From Andalucia godoyi And28 (taxonomy: Eukaryota > Protista > Jakobida), in NCBI GenBank assembly GCA_009859145.1, contig VRVR01000028.1:160438-224437 (forward strand): a DNA stretch of 64,000 bases, written 5' to 3'. The notes beneath the pieces are model-generated. The model did no database searches. It worked only from the letters and a program-made list of their open reading frames with translations, and was not told the DNA's origin. Below are positions 1 through 10,973 of this stretch, one piece after another. A program made the position numbers and the translations under genes. Within the stretch, counting starts at the first letter, position 1; each line of letters begins with the position of its first letter.

Positions 1-61
1 CGACACATACGTGTTCTTTTTCGAGTCTTTCTTTTACTTCGCTGCATAAGATCATGGCCGC

Positions 62-754
<693 letters not shown>

Positions 755-1087
755 TGTTGTTGGAAGTGAACTTTGAAGCAGAAACAGTGAATTCATGCAG
801 CAGTGCGTTTCCTCAGTGCTTAAAGAGAAGGAAACAAAACGAGAAAGAGAAAACTCCCCCAATGCGTGGGAGCATTTTCTGCCGTTTCCGTTTTCCCTTG
901 CCTAGACGAGGTTCGACTTTGTCGACGCGGCTACGAATGATTATTGTGATTCGTAAGATCGGAAGCATCAGCAGGAAGAAAAAAAGCAGCAGGAAAAAAG
1001 AAAGAGATTTACTCTGATGATGATTTTTTTCTTTGCTTTTTTGGATCACTGATCTCACATCCACGAGGAACAAAAGAAGAAAGGCAG

Positions 1088-1122
1088 GGGGCAAGGGGCA
1101 AGGGGCAAGGGGCAAGGGGCAA
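1088..1122 (+). repeat. (GGGGCAA)5 tandem repeat, G-quadruplex-capable
   Basis: Five perfect 7-mers, each with a G4 run. Confidence 0.9.
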
Positions 1123-1181
1123 CAACGACAACCACAGCGACAACCACCACCGCAGAGTGGTGGACCGACGGAAAGGCGTTC

Positions 1182-2372
1182 TTAGCTTCTGAGAAAGTTG
1201 AGCAGGATAGGATACTGCTGGATTTCCTGCCAGTTTGGCATACCGTGGCCGTAAACAAGCGTTCCTTGATGTATTCTCCTCGATGCAAATGCCTGTTTGA
1301 GCTGCGCAAACGTGACTGGTCCAAACTGCGCGTTTTCGTCGTCAAGATAAAAGAACTCGTCTCCTACGCTTGCAGTCGGATCCACAGCAACCGGTGCTGC
1401 TTGCTGCACAGGAACCGCCATTCTCATTGGCTGTTGCTGCTGTTGTGGCTGCTGGTACTGCTGCTGCTGTTGAATTGGTTGCTGCACTGCATAACTCTGA
1501 TTCATTCCGTAATTCATCTGCTGCTGCTGCTGCTGCTGCTGCTGTGGTTGGACATTTGAAAATTCCGAGTGCATATCTGCGAAAGAGTTTGCAAACGCAT
1601 CGTTTTGCGGATTTGCGAGAGTGGCCTCCACTCTTTCCTGAACCTGCTGTCGGACAGGAGCGGGCCGGCCTTGCGTCTGGACCGCAGTTGCAATAGGCTT
1701 CAGCTGCGTCGCTGCGCGTTCGACAAACTGTCCCATGAGACTCACGAGATCCGCAAATGTTGCATTGCACGCATCTGTCGTTGACGCATCAAAGATCTGC
1801 AGCGCTCCAATGACCTGCTGATTTTTCCTATTGTACGTGTCTCGCGTGGACGACTCCTTGATTCTGTACCTCTGCAGCTTTGCCTGATCGACCGTCGCCA
1901 TAGAACCTCCCGACTTGCGCACCAACTCTGCAAGTTTCGTCCGTCTTGCATCGTAGTCGAGCTGCGCGTCTCGGCGTTCGCGCATGTCCGTTCGGACGCG
2001 CTTTGCTTCTGGAAACAGGCTTCCAATCGTTCCCCCGCACTTCTGGTTCATTGCATCGGCGATCTGATTTCCAAGCTTCTCATACATGTCAGAGGACGTA
2101 GCCTTGAACGCCTGCACAAGCGGATACAGCGACGACGACTCGTCAAGAAGAACCTGCAAATCATCCGCAATCAAATGCATCACTCCAACCGTCGTCCGAA
2201 CACACCCTTCCAACGCAGCAAGGTTCTCGTACAGCCGAACCGTCACTTTCTGCCGTGCTTCAAACTCGGTCGAAAGCGCCTCAAACGTCTCATCAACCGT
2301 AAGATCTGCGCGTCCATTCCGAGCCATCAGCACCTGCTTTTGCCGACGATAAAAGTTTCGCATCGAATCCAT
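1182..2372 (-). CDS. BAR-domain protein with Gln-rich linker and C-terminal GYF_2-like domain
   Basis: N-terminal amphiphysin/Rvs-like helical region (VDETFE..., RDAQLDYD) and C-terminal FYLDDENAQFGPVTFAQLKQ...LVYGHGMPNW matching the GYF_2 pattern. Confidence 0.75.
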   Translation of the reverse strand: MDSMRNFYRRQKQVLMARNGRADLTVDETFEALSTEFEARQKVTVRLYENLAALEGCVRTTVGVMHLIADDLQVLLDESSSLYPLVQAFKATSSDMYEKLGNQIADAMNQKCGGTIGSLFPEAKRVRTDMRERRDAQLDYDARRTKLAELVRKSGGSMATVDQAKLQRYRIKESSTRDTYNRKNQQVIGALQIFDASTTDACNATFADLVSLMGQFVERAATQLKPIATAVQTQGRPAPVRQQVQERVEATLANPQNDAFANSFADMHSEFSNVQPQQQQQQQQQMNYGMNQSYAVQQPIQQQQQYQQPQQQQQPMRMAVPVQQAAPVAVDPTASVGDEFFYLDDENAQFGPVTFAQLKQAFASRRIHQGTLVYGHGMPNWQEIQQYPILLNFLRS

Positions 2373-2977
2373 TTTCTTTTCACTCTTTCTCCTCGTCTGT
2401 CGTGCACTACAATCCTATCCTATCTTACACGGTATGAACCACACGGGCTTTCGATTCTTGAGTGCAGTTTACAAATTAAAAAAAGACGGGGGAAAGTACG
2501 TGCTGAAAAAGGTGAAAAAAATGAAAAGAAAAAATGAAAAGAAAAAATGAAGAGATGAAACGACGAAAAGAAAGCCATTTGAAATGACCCCAATGGGGAA
2601 AATCCAATTGAACAAAGAATCCGGATTCCAGATGATGAAGTCGGGAAACCAGTCAACAGAGAGAAAGTCGGAAAAATAGTCTTAAAAAGCCCGAAGGAAC
2701 CTCTTCTGAGTTCTGACATTTGAGCGGCGGCCGTAGATGAATTCGACATGGCTTGATGCAGGTCAAAGACCTTCGCGTTTGTCTCTCTCTTCAGCTCGTC
2801 GATTCCAGCGGATTGGCCAGCTTCTCTGCCTTTGTTCTGCGGGTTCTGCCAGTCTTTTCGTTTCCTTTCTGTTTTCCACTTCTGTTTCAGTTAATATTTT
2901 TAATATTTTTATTATTTTAAAATTAATTGTTTTAAATTGAAAATTCTTTTTGATCTGAATTTCTTCAAGCCGGAGAA

Positions 2978-2980
<3 letters not shown>

Positions 2981-3063
<83 letters not shown>
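2981..3063. repeat. (GA)n microsatellite directly upstream of the ProRS ATG
   Basis: About 41 GA units ending 7 nt before ATG 3071. Confidence 0.97.
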
Positions 3064-3066
<3 letters not shown>

Positions 3067-3070
3067 GGAA

Positions 3071-4615
3071 ATGTCGAGTGGAAAGCAAGTGAAGAAGGAC
3101 ACGTCGCTTCTTGGAATTGATGCAGACAAACAGTCGGACTTTGGCGATTGGTACACACAGGTGATTGTTCGTACGGAGATGATTGATTATTCTGATATTT
3201 CAGGATGCTACATTCTCCGTCCGTGGTCGTTTGCAATTTGGGAGCGCATTCAGTCATATTTTGACAATCGCATCAAGACGGAGCTTGAAGTCCAGAACGC
3301 GTATTTCCCAATCTTTGTCTCGCAAAAGGCACTTACCGCAGAAAAGGACCATGTCGAGGGATTTGCACCGGAAGTTGCATGGGTCACAAAATCTGGAAAT
3401 TCTGAGCTTGCGGAACCCATCGCAATTCGTCCGACTTCGGAGACAATCATGTATCCGCTGTTCAAGAACTGGATCCGATCGTGGCGTGACTTGCCCCTGA
3501 AGCTGAACCAATGGTCGAATGTCGTTCGATGGGAGTTCAAGCATCCGATGCCATTTATCCGATCGCGTGAGTTCTTGTGGCAAGAAGGACACACTGCCCA
3601 CGGTTCCAAGGAGGCCGCAGACAAGGAAGTGCTGGATGTGCTTGAGTTGTACCGTTCGGTGTATGAGGACCTTCTGTGTGTGCCCGTTGTTAAGGGCCGC
3701 AAGTCCGAAAAGGAGCGATTCGCAGGTGCGCTGTACACGACAACAGTGGAGGGATTTTTGCCTGCCGTCGGTCGCGCAGTGCAATGTGCGACGTCGCATT
3801 GCTTGGGCCAAAACTTTGCAAAGATGTTTGGTGTCGAGTATGAGGATGAAACTGGCGGACGCTCGTTGGTGTGGCAGAATTCCTGGGGACTGACCACCCG
3901 ATCAATCGGTGTGATGGTGATGGTCCACGGAGATAACAAGGGTCTTGTGCTGCCGCCGCGTGTTGCCCCAATTCAGGTTGTGATCGTGCCGATCTACACT
4001 GCAAAGACTGCCCCGGAAGTAGTGCAGGCCATCCTTGACAAGGTGCGGTCGTTTAAGAATGCAGAGCTCAAAGGTTTAAAGGTGGAGGTCGATGACCGTG
4101 CGAATGTCACTCCGGGATTCAAGTACAACCACTGGGAGATGCGTGGTGTGCCATTGCGCTTGGAGCTCGGACCTCGTGACTTTGACAACAAGACTCTGAT
4201 GATGGTTCGCAGAGATACCGGTGCAAAGCGAGTAATTTCACTCGATGCGTTGCGAGCCGAAGTCGATGGTGAACTGGAGCAGATGCAGAAGGACTTGCTG
4301 TCAAAGGCAAAGAAAGAGCGAGACGAATCGATTATCCGTGCGGATACATTCAAGGACTTTATGTCCGGACTGGACGCACGAAAGATGGTCCTTGCCCCGT
4401 GGTGCGAGCTTGTCGAGTGCGAAGAAAACGTCAAGAAGGAGTCGTCGGAGATTTCAAAGAGGAATGCAAAAGAAAGCGAGGATGCACGAGCACTTTCTGG
4501 AGCCGCCAAGACTCTCTGCATTCCCTTTGAACAAGATGCATTGCCAGAAGGGGCGTGTTGCTTCAAGTGCGGAAAGCCTGCAAAGTCGTTAACTCTCTGG
4601 GGGAGATCGTATTGA
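3071..4615 (+). CDS. PARS: Prolyl-tRNA synthetase, eukaryotic/archaeal type
   Basis: FGDWYTQV, IAIRPTSETIMY, PFIRSREFLWQEGHTAH, ATSHCLGQNF, QNSWGLTTR and C-terminal WGRSY. Confidence 0.97.
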   Translation: MSSGKQVKKDTSLLGIDADKQSDFGDWYTQVIVRTEMIDYSDISGCYILRPWSFAIWERIQSYFDNRIKTELEVQNAYFPIFVSQKALTAEKDHVEGFAPEVAWVTKSGNSELAEPIAIRPTSETIMYPLFKNWIRSWRDLPLKLNQWSNVVRWEFKHPMPFIRSREFLWQEGHTAHGSKEAADKEVLDVLELYRSVYEDLLCVPVVKGRKSEKERFAGALYTTTVEGFLPAVGRAVQCATSHCLGQNFAKMFGVEYEDETGGRSLVWQNSWGLTTRSIGVMVMVHGDNKGLVLPPRVAPIQVVIVPIYTAKTAPEVVQAILDKVRSFKNAELKGLKVEVDDRANVTPGFKYNHWEMRGVPLRLELGPRDFDNKTLMMVRRDTGAKRVISLDALRAEVDGELEQMQKDLLSKAKKERDESIIRADTFKDFMSGLDARKMVLAPWCELVECEENVKKESSEISKRNAKESEDARALSGAAKTLCIPFEQDALPEGACCFKCGKPAKSLTLWGRSY

Positions 4616-4860
4616 TGAATCATCGTGGGAAGATGGTGAAGACGAAGAAGGATAGTGTACTGAGATGATGATGATGATGATAATCTGCGTTGGGGCGATG
4701 TTGTCGGTTTGGGAAATGAGAAGGAGAAAAGAAGAAAAGGAAAAAGGAAAGAACGAAATAAAACTCGGTGTTTTCTTTTATTTAATTAAAAAATCTTTTT
4801 GTTTTCTGTTTTTGTTTTTAATTATAATAATCACAGCCAAGTGGACAAGGTGCAGCAAGA

Positions 4861-6630
4861 TCAAGGAGTCTCGTCCAGATGATCGATGAACTCGGCGGAG
4901 ACGTCCCAGCGCGAACCCCGAGCACAGGACGCAACGTACTTGGTGAATCGCAGTGTCTTGGGCGGGCGTTCAACGATGGACAGGACATTCGGTCCTGGAG
5001 CAATGTCAATCACTTCGCTGTCGTCCTCGGAGCTGTGTGCGTCCCCCGCGTACTCCTCTGCCTTGGCTACAGCATCCAAGTCCGCGGGAACGTAGCAGTC
5101 AAAGCCGCCAATCTCCCCCTCTTTCCACTTGTTGGACGGAACCACAAATGTGAGCATTGCATCCACAATCACGTTTTCAGTAAGTGTGGAAAATGCGCCA
5201 ACAGTGTAATCAAGACCTGGACGAAACCGCCGAATCTGACCGCGAACAAACGCCAGCGAGTTCTGCGTCAGAATCGCGATCCACTTTGCAAATGCATCGG
5301 AAGTGAGGCAAGACCGGACAGACTCCAGGTGCTTTCCAACAGGTGACGTTGCCTGTGCCGTAATCTTGCCGGAGTCGAATGTAAGGAACCGCTGCAAATG
5401 AGGTGGACCAACAGCGACCCAGCCGTCAGTAACACCGGACGCATAGCTCGGCGTCCTGCCCACAATCATGTCGTCCTGCTCCCTCACAAGTGCAGCAATG
5501 GGCTTCGCCAAATCGTCTCGCAAGAAGTTTGTCAGCTGGATACGGCCCATCGTCGCAAACTGAGACGCAATGCGCTGCATGTTCTGCATTTGCAAGTACG
5601 CCGGGGACAGGAACTGCTCCAGATATTCTTGCTCACGAGGATTCAGAACAAGATCTTCTTCCTGAATACGATCGGATATTTCAATTGGCGTGCCCAATGG
5701 CTTCCACTGCGGATGTGGCGCATGCTGCTGCACTTTGCGATTGGTGATCTGCGAGAGGGTGCCCCTTTCGATCTGTGGGATGGTCGTCGGACCGTGGAAC
5801 CATCCTTGGATGGAAATCCGAGTTTTGGAAGAAGAGTACACCTCCTGGACTGAGTGAACGGAGATTCCGGGTCGAACTGGGAAGAGCACCATTGAATTCC
5901 AAGCAGGGAGAATGCTCTTGGCGGGATTCACGTCTGCAAAGAACATTCCGGCGACATCCTCTGCGACCCCGCTCGACGCTGCGCTGTTTCCTACCAAATC
6001 CGCGACCGGATGCGTTTCATACAATTCAAGCGCACCTCCATCGGCCTCTGTCCAGCCGGCGTCTGGTTCCGAAAGATAGAGAATGTACGAAACCCGTCGT
6101 GTGCTCATCCCGTCGTCATGACACAGCAAGTGGCACCCCGGTTCATAAAAATTTGCGGCACAATCAACGCGATCCGAAAGATCTGTGATCCCCGTCATTG
6201 CCGACACAAACGTCTTGAACTGACTGGAATACAGGGTGTTTCGTAACGCAATCAGCCGCGACAGCTTGGACTGCTGTTCTGCAGGAAGTTCGTCCATCAG
6301 AGACAGTTCGCCTGTCTGATGCACTTTGAAAAGATCCGTTTCCTTGAATTTCGCACTGAGCAAGTCCTGCAGCTCAGCCCGCACTCCTCGTAAAAACGAG
6401 TCTGAAAACACGTGTTCAAAGTGCGCGTGTGGATAAGGATACGAAATCAAGGGCAGCGCCGACCCCGCACACACAGTCTGCATCATACTCTCTGAAAACA
6501 CTGCATTCCCACCATCTTTCATCCTCTTTGCCGCTGGACCACTCTTCTGGTGCGATCCTCCCTCTTCTCCCTCTTCTCCCCCTGCTCCTGCTCCTTCTCC
6601 TTCTCCTTCTCCTGCTCCTGCTCGTTTCAT
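4861..6630 (-). CDS. OGFOD1: Tpa1/OGFOD1 2-oxoglutarate/Fe(II) prolyl hydroxylase (Rps23 hydroxylase)
   Basis: LLCHDD...RRVSYILYL, GGALELY, HSVQEV and RISIQGWFH, plus C-terminal domain QIRRFRPGLDYT. Confidence 0.92.
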   Translation of the reverse strand: MKRAGAGEGEGEGAGAGGEEGEEGGSHQKSGPAAKRMKDGGNAVFSESMMQTVCAGSALPLISYPYPHAHFEHVFSDSFLRGVRAELQDLLSAKFKETDLFKVHQTGELSLMDELPAEQQSKLSRLIALRNTLYSSQFKTFVSAMTGITDLSDRVDCAANFYEPGCHLLCHDDGMSTRRVSYILYLSEPDAGWTEADGGALELYETHPVADLVGNSAASSGVAEDVAGMFFADVNPAKSILPAWNSMVLFPVRPGISVHSVQEVYSSSKTRISIQGWFHGPTTIPQIERGTLSQITNRKVQQHAPHPQWKPLGTPIEISDRIQEEDLVLNPREQEYLEQFLSPAYLQMQNMQRIASQFATMGRIQLTNFLRDDLAKPIAALVREQDDMIVGRTPSYASGVTDGWVAVGPPHLQRFLTFDSGKITAQATSPVGKHLESVRSCLTSDAFAKWIAILTQNSLAFVRGQIRRFRPGLDYTVGAFSTLTENVIVDAMLTFVVPSNKWKEGEIGGFDCYVPADLDAVAKAEEYAGDAHSSEDDSEVIDIAPGPNVLSIVERPPKTLRFTKYVASCARGSRWDVSAEFIDHLDETP

Positions 6631-6737
6631 TACAATGATTCTTTTTTGATTTTCGATTCTTCGTTCCCTAATAAATTACGTTCTTTATGTTGTCCGAACG
6701 AACCAGATAAGCATGAGCATTTGGAGTCCGTTGATTT

Positions 6738-7535
6738 CTACAGCTGCTGCGGAAGACGAGGACGAAGGTTGGACCACGGACTGGACGGCAATGAGACGGC
6801 GATGGCATCTGCATGCTGGGCCTGAATTGCATTGTCGACGGTGTTTTCGCCTTGGTTTTTGACGTGTGAGCATTGTGCCAATTCTCGCACTCGACGGCAC
6901 AACTGTGTGAGATAGTCGTCCTTGTTTGTCACGCCAAGACGGACCATTGCGTCGTGCAAGAGCTCGAGGTACTGGATGTTTGGACCGGACTCACCAACTG
7001 CCCGCGCGATAATCTGTGCCTCCTTTTCGAGCTCCAGTGGGCCCACGTAATGCGGATTGTTCGAATGTGCCGAGAAGAACACCACATTATGGACCGTGAC
7101 AAATGACGATGATGATGACGATGACGGTAGCAAAGGAGGTGGTGCGTCTTGCGTCAAAACACCATCGCAGGTCTCGATGGAAGGCCGCAAATGGTTTGTC
7201 CAGTCCAAATTGCAATCCAAGTGGTGTTTTTCACAAAGCACGGACACAAACTGTTCGTTGTAGCCAGCGCGCTCACGGAACCGCAAGTATTCCAAAACAG
7301 CTGCCTCATGCTCCGAGGGAACGACATACACAACTCCCCACACTTTGTCCTCTTCACTATCGGTTTCCAGTACGGTTACGACTAGACCAGGGAACTCTTC
7401 GTTTCCGCGGTGAATGGGATCCGATTGCCAGAACCTTCTTTTGAATTTCGGAAGAAAAGCAGCAAACTTATGCGTGTGGATCAGATGTTCCGACGGCCGA
7501 AATATCAGCGATCCATATCCAAAAACCAACATCAT
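6738..7535 (-). CDS. CHAC: ChaC glutathione-specific gamma-glutamylcyclotransferase
   Basis: VFGYGSLIF, RRFWQ...HRG...PGLVVT, LRFRERAGY and GESGPNIQYL; likely ATG at 7535. Confidence 0.93.
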   Translation of the reverse strand: MMLVFGYGSLIFRPSEHLIHTHKFAAFLPKFKRRFWQSDPIHRGNEEFPGLVVTVLETDSEEDKVWGVVYVVPSEHEAAVLEYLRFRERAGYNEQFVSVLCEKHHLDCNLDWTNHLRPSIETCDGVLTQDAPPPLLPSSSSSSSFVTVHNVVFFSAHSNNPHYVGPLELEKEAQIIARAVGESGPNIQYLELLHDAMVRLGVTNKDDYLTQLCRRVRELAQCSHVKNQGENTVDNAIQAQHADAIAVSLPSSPWSNLRPRLPQQL

Positions 7536-7687
7536 TATTAAACTATACCCCAGCAGCAATAGCAATGATAAAACAACAGCAATCAAACAGCCCGACGACA
7601 ACGACGAAAAAGCTTTAAATAAAATACATAAAAAAGAGGAAGAGCACGTTAAGACCTCAACTGCACGTAAAGATGATTGGAAATTGA

Positions 7688-8129
7688 CCGCTGATTAATA
7701 ACACGCCATTGTCATGCATACGGAAGGAAGTACACATAAACAGACATGGTCAATACTGGCCGACAGTAGCACGTTTTGTTTCACAGGAATTCATGCTTAC
7801 GCACGCTCGGCCAGAATTCAGCCGGTGACACAGGCTCCGCATTTTCGACACTCTTTAGCGCAGCATCCGTAGCCATCTATTCTATCATTCGTTCTTTTTG
7901 CAACGTTTGTTCCATAGGGCGACCGAGTATCGCGAGCGGCGCAAGCAAAGTGTCTGCATGTCCCGCGTGTAGCTCACAGATTGATCGAGATTGGGAACGG
8001 AGCGCGGAACATCTATCTGAAGAATGCCGTGAGGTGTGTTGGGAGCCTATCCCCTTCCCGGCAACGAGATGCAAGTTTGAATATGTATATCTACGAATAG
8101 ACATGCATGTTCAGTGTATAGTGTAGGCG
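7688..8129 (+). repeat. Dispersed element family A, copy A1 (23-nt insertion at 7807-7829)
   Basis: Collinear and highly similar to 25800-26214 and 34702-35138, and to the reverse complement of the ends of 51094-51527. Confidence 0.92.
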
Positions 8130-8191
8130 ACTAACAGGACCATCCTTATTGAGTGTGCTATTCTGTTTACGTTTATGATGTACTATGTTGA

Positions 8192-8626
8192 TCATTGTTC
8201 GGCATCTGTGTCCATTGGAGAAGGTACGTCCAAGGGTTTTTCGGAGACGACGGTTGGTCCTAAGGCCCGGAGTGCCGCCTGTCTAGAGACGACTTTCTTC
8301 GAAGGGACGATGTCTGCAAGGAAATCAAGCTCCGAGTGCCGCTTAACGGCAACTGCAACGTCCGCATAGCTCATAGTCTTGCGCGACGTCGCCTTCGTCA
8401 CATCGGCTGCTCGCTGCGAAAGATGCACAAGAAAGAGCTCTGCGCAGCGAGTCGTCAACCATAATGCATCGTGAGATATTACCTTTGTGTCGGGATCGGC
8501 CTTCATGATTCGCTTCACTCGTGCCAGCGGAAGCTCTGTTTTGTATCCAAGTGACCCGGCCGCCGATGTCGATGCAGAGGCAGATGCTGCGTCCATTGAG
8601 CTCATTTTTCTCACTCTTTCGCTCAC
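8192..8626 (-). CDS. H2A-like histone-fold protein (POLE4/CHRAC1/NF-YC family)
   Basis: LPLARVKRIMKADPD...AELF...RKT.SYADVA...LDFLADIVP. Confidence 0.9.
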   Translation of the reverse strand: MSERVRKMSSMDAASASASTSAAGSLGYKTELPLARVKRIMKADPDTKVISHDALWLTTRCAELFLVHLSQRAADVTKATSRKTMSYADVAVAVKRHSELDFLADIVPSKKVVSRQAALRALGPTVVSEKPLDVPSPMDTDAEQ

Positions 8627-9036
8627 GAGTTGTGCTGTTCTTGGACTCTCGCCTCGGATGTGTAATGTTCAGAATATCTCTTTCCTTTCTCCAGAGAATA
8701 AAAAGCGTCTAAATGAAATGAAGTAATTCTGTATATGTACACACACGTAAAACAAATGATTAAATAGAATTTTTTCGACATTAAAAGGCCGGGATGTGAG
8801 GACGAGGACCATGACGAGGACTGGCGGGAAGGTTGAGTACACACACTCAAACTGCTCAAGTGGCGGCTCCGTTCTTGCACCCCGAGCATGCTGATGATCG
8901 TGTGGTAGGATTGTGTTGGCTCTTGCGCGTTGCTGGTTTGCGCGTTGATGAGTTGTGCGGTACTAATACGACGAGGTTTTACTGGCTTGTGTAAAAGAGG
9001 AATAGAGGTTGTCAGGGTTCGAGCGGAAAGAGAAGA

Positions 9037-10047
9037 ATGCTGAATATCGATACTGTGGATCAGATCGTTCGGTCGTCCGTAGTGCTGCTTCTTCCTCCTT
9101 CTGAAAACAGCGACTTTTGGTCTGAAGTGCTCTATGCGTCGTTGGACATTACAAAGCTATTCCGGTCCATTTTTTTGAAACGAAAGCATCTGATACATGT
9201 GCATTCGCTACAGGTACATCTGATGCAGCTCGGGAGCATCTCGACAACATCGCCCGTTGTGTCGATTGCGTCGCTTCGTGAGCACAGCCGGTCGATTTGG
9301 GGACATATGGGCATTTCGCAGCTTGATCTGTCGCGATGGACGTTGCTGCTTCTTGATGCAAGTCAGGTGTCACTCGAAATGGCCATCGGGAGATGGAAGG
9401 GAGAAACGGCTCGGTGGACTGGATGTGTCGCCATCGAAAGCATCCGGTCGCTGTGCAAGTACATTGTTGCGAAGCATGGAATCAAGTGGGACAGCGATTC
9501 CATTTCGCAGTTAGACGGCCCGGATGAAAAACATATTGGGAATAGAAATACGAATCGAACAGGAGTTGCCGAGGACAATGATGCTGAAGGACAATCTGAA
9601 GAAGGAGAAGAAGGAGTGACCGATGCGTATCTCGCGGAAGCTTCCGATGCTGCTCGACAACGGGTGCTGACTGTCCGGTTGCTGAAACGAACATCGAAAT
9701 CTCTAGATGCAACGTGGCTTCAGAATAGAAATGTAAGACCGGCGCACAGGGTCATGCCTGGCGACCTGTTTGCGATTCTTAGACCGCTTGTCTATGCGGC
9801 ATCGCTGCTATGGCTGCGACCGTCGTTTCGGGCCTTGCTTGTGTCGCTAGCCATGGATCTTCTTTCCGATCTTTCTCCAGGGTTCCTGCGCTCACGATTC
9901 GAGATAATGCGATATCTCGTCTATCTCGTCCGATCGCCAATCTTTGAAAAGGTCGTCAAGCGTCTCCTCGACAAGGTCCGCGTTGGCCAGTGGGTCGACT
10001 GGGCTGTGTACATGCAATCGCACTATTTTTACACTGCGCACACGTGA
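9037..10047 (+). CDS. PEX16: Peroxin Pex16
   Basis: SEVLYASL, SLEMA...RW..CVAIESIRSL, YLVYLVRSPIFE and C-terminal YFYT, all Pex16 hallmarks. Confidence 0.82.
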   Translation: MLNIDTVDQIVRSSVVLLLPPSENSDFWSEVLYASLDITKLFRSIFLKRKHLIHVHSLQVHLMQLGSISTTSPVVSIASLREHSRSIWGHMGISQLDLSRWTLLLLDASQVSLEMAIGRWKGETARWTGCVAIESIRSLCKYIVAKHGIKWDSDSISQLDGPDEKHIGNRNTNRTGVAEDNDAEGQSEEGEEGVTDAYLAEASDAARQRVLTVRLLKRTSKSLDATWLQNRNVRPAHRVMPGDLFAILRPLVYAASLLWLRPSFRALLVSLAMDLLSDLSPGFLRSRFEIMRYLVYLVRSPIFEKVVKRLLDKVRVGQWVDWAVYMQSHYFYTAHT

Positions 10048-10170
10048 TGAACATATAGTACAAGAGACAGGAGACCGAGGGAAAAAAAGGAAACACGAAC
10101 AGTTTATATATAATAATTTTAATTTAAAATAAAAACACATATTAAAAAACATATGATAAATAGCTGAATG

Positions 10171-10563
10171 TTACTCGACAGACATTTGGATACCGGAACC
10201 AAATGCCCATATTGCGATGGCAAATGCAGCTCCGTACACCAAGCATCGCGTCCTGCACTTAGCCCCCAGTTTGTCGACCTTTCTGTAGAAATCGATCGGG
10301 TCAATGGACAGTCGATCTCTCATCAGAAAGAATACGGAGAAAGAAGCGAGTGAGAGAATGGCGACGATCGGGACAGTTCCGGAGAACAGCAGCGAAGAGA
10401 GCATGAAGCACAGCAGAAACGGCTCGAACTTGAGAGCAGGAGTCAGCCGACAGCTCAAAATGATTGGATCCTTGTCCAGCAAAATCGACCATCCGATCAG
10501 ATAAGAAAAGAAGAGAGCCGTCGACGAACACAACGCACATATCGAAAGCAAAACTGGATACAT
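10171..10563 (-). CDS. Divergent cornichon/Erv14-like membrane protein
   Basis: 130 aa with three hydrophobic segments; DPII.SCRL.P and IDPIDFYR match cornichon patterns. Confidence 0.55.
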   Translation of the reverse strand: MYPVLLSICALCSSTALFFSYLIGWSILLDKDPIILSCRLTPALKFEPFLLCFMLSSLLFSGTVPIVAILSLASFSVFFLMRDRLSIDPIDFYRKVDKLGAKCRTRCLVYGAAFAIAIWAFGSGIQMSVE

Positions 10564-10973
10564 CGCAGACTATGACGGCGATGATGATCCATTCAGAATG
10601 CAGGATATAGATGCCGTACTCTTCTCTCTCTATCTCTCACAGACACACACACACACACACACACGCACGCATACGCGCACGCACGCACGCACAGACATGA
10701 ACATGCGCAGACCTTGCCAAAGCACTCGGCCAAAAGGAGGCGCTTTTTTAATTATTGGACATTATTGTTGTCTGCAGCATCAATCGCAAGCATCACCTCA
10801 CGCTGTTTTCGCAGCCTTTCCTTTTGAAAACCCCGCGAAACCTCCATCGCCCACTCTTCCTTATGAAGAATGCCCGAGATCGCGAGCAAGTGTGTGCGTG
10901 AGAAGCGTCGCGGAAAGAGAAAACAAAAAGAAGAAGAGAAAGAAAGAAACCAAAGAGGATATAAGACGGGAAA

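Noticed and set aside
8095-8129. Reverse complement of the family A 3' end (GCCTAC..ATAC.CTGAACATGC) resembles the 5' end of 5S rRNA
   Set aside because: Similarity stops after about 25 nt, with no 5S internal A/C boxes or helices; not enough for a 5S gene or SINE3 call.
10725-10743. U2 snRNA-like CCTTTTGGC on the minus strand
   Set aside because: No GTAGTA branch-pairing sequence or Sm site follows.
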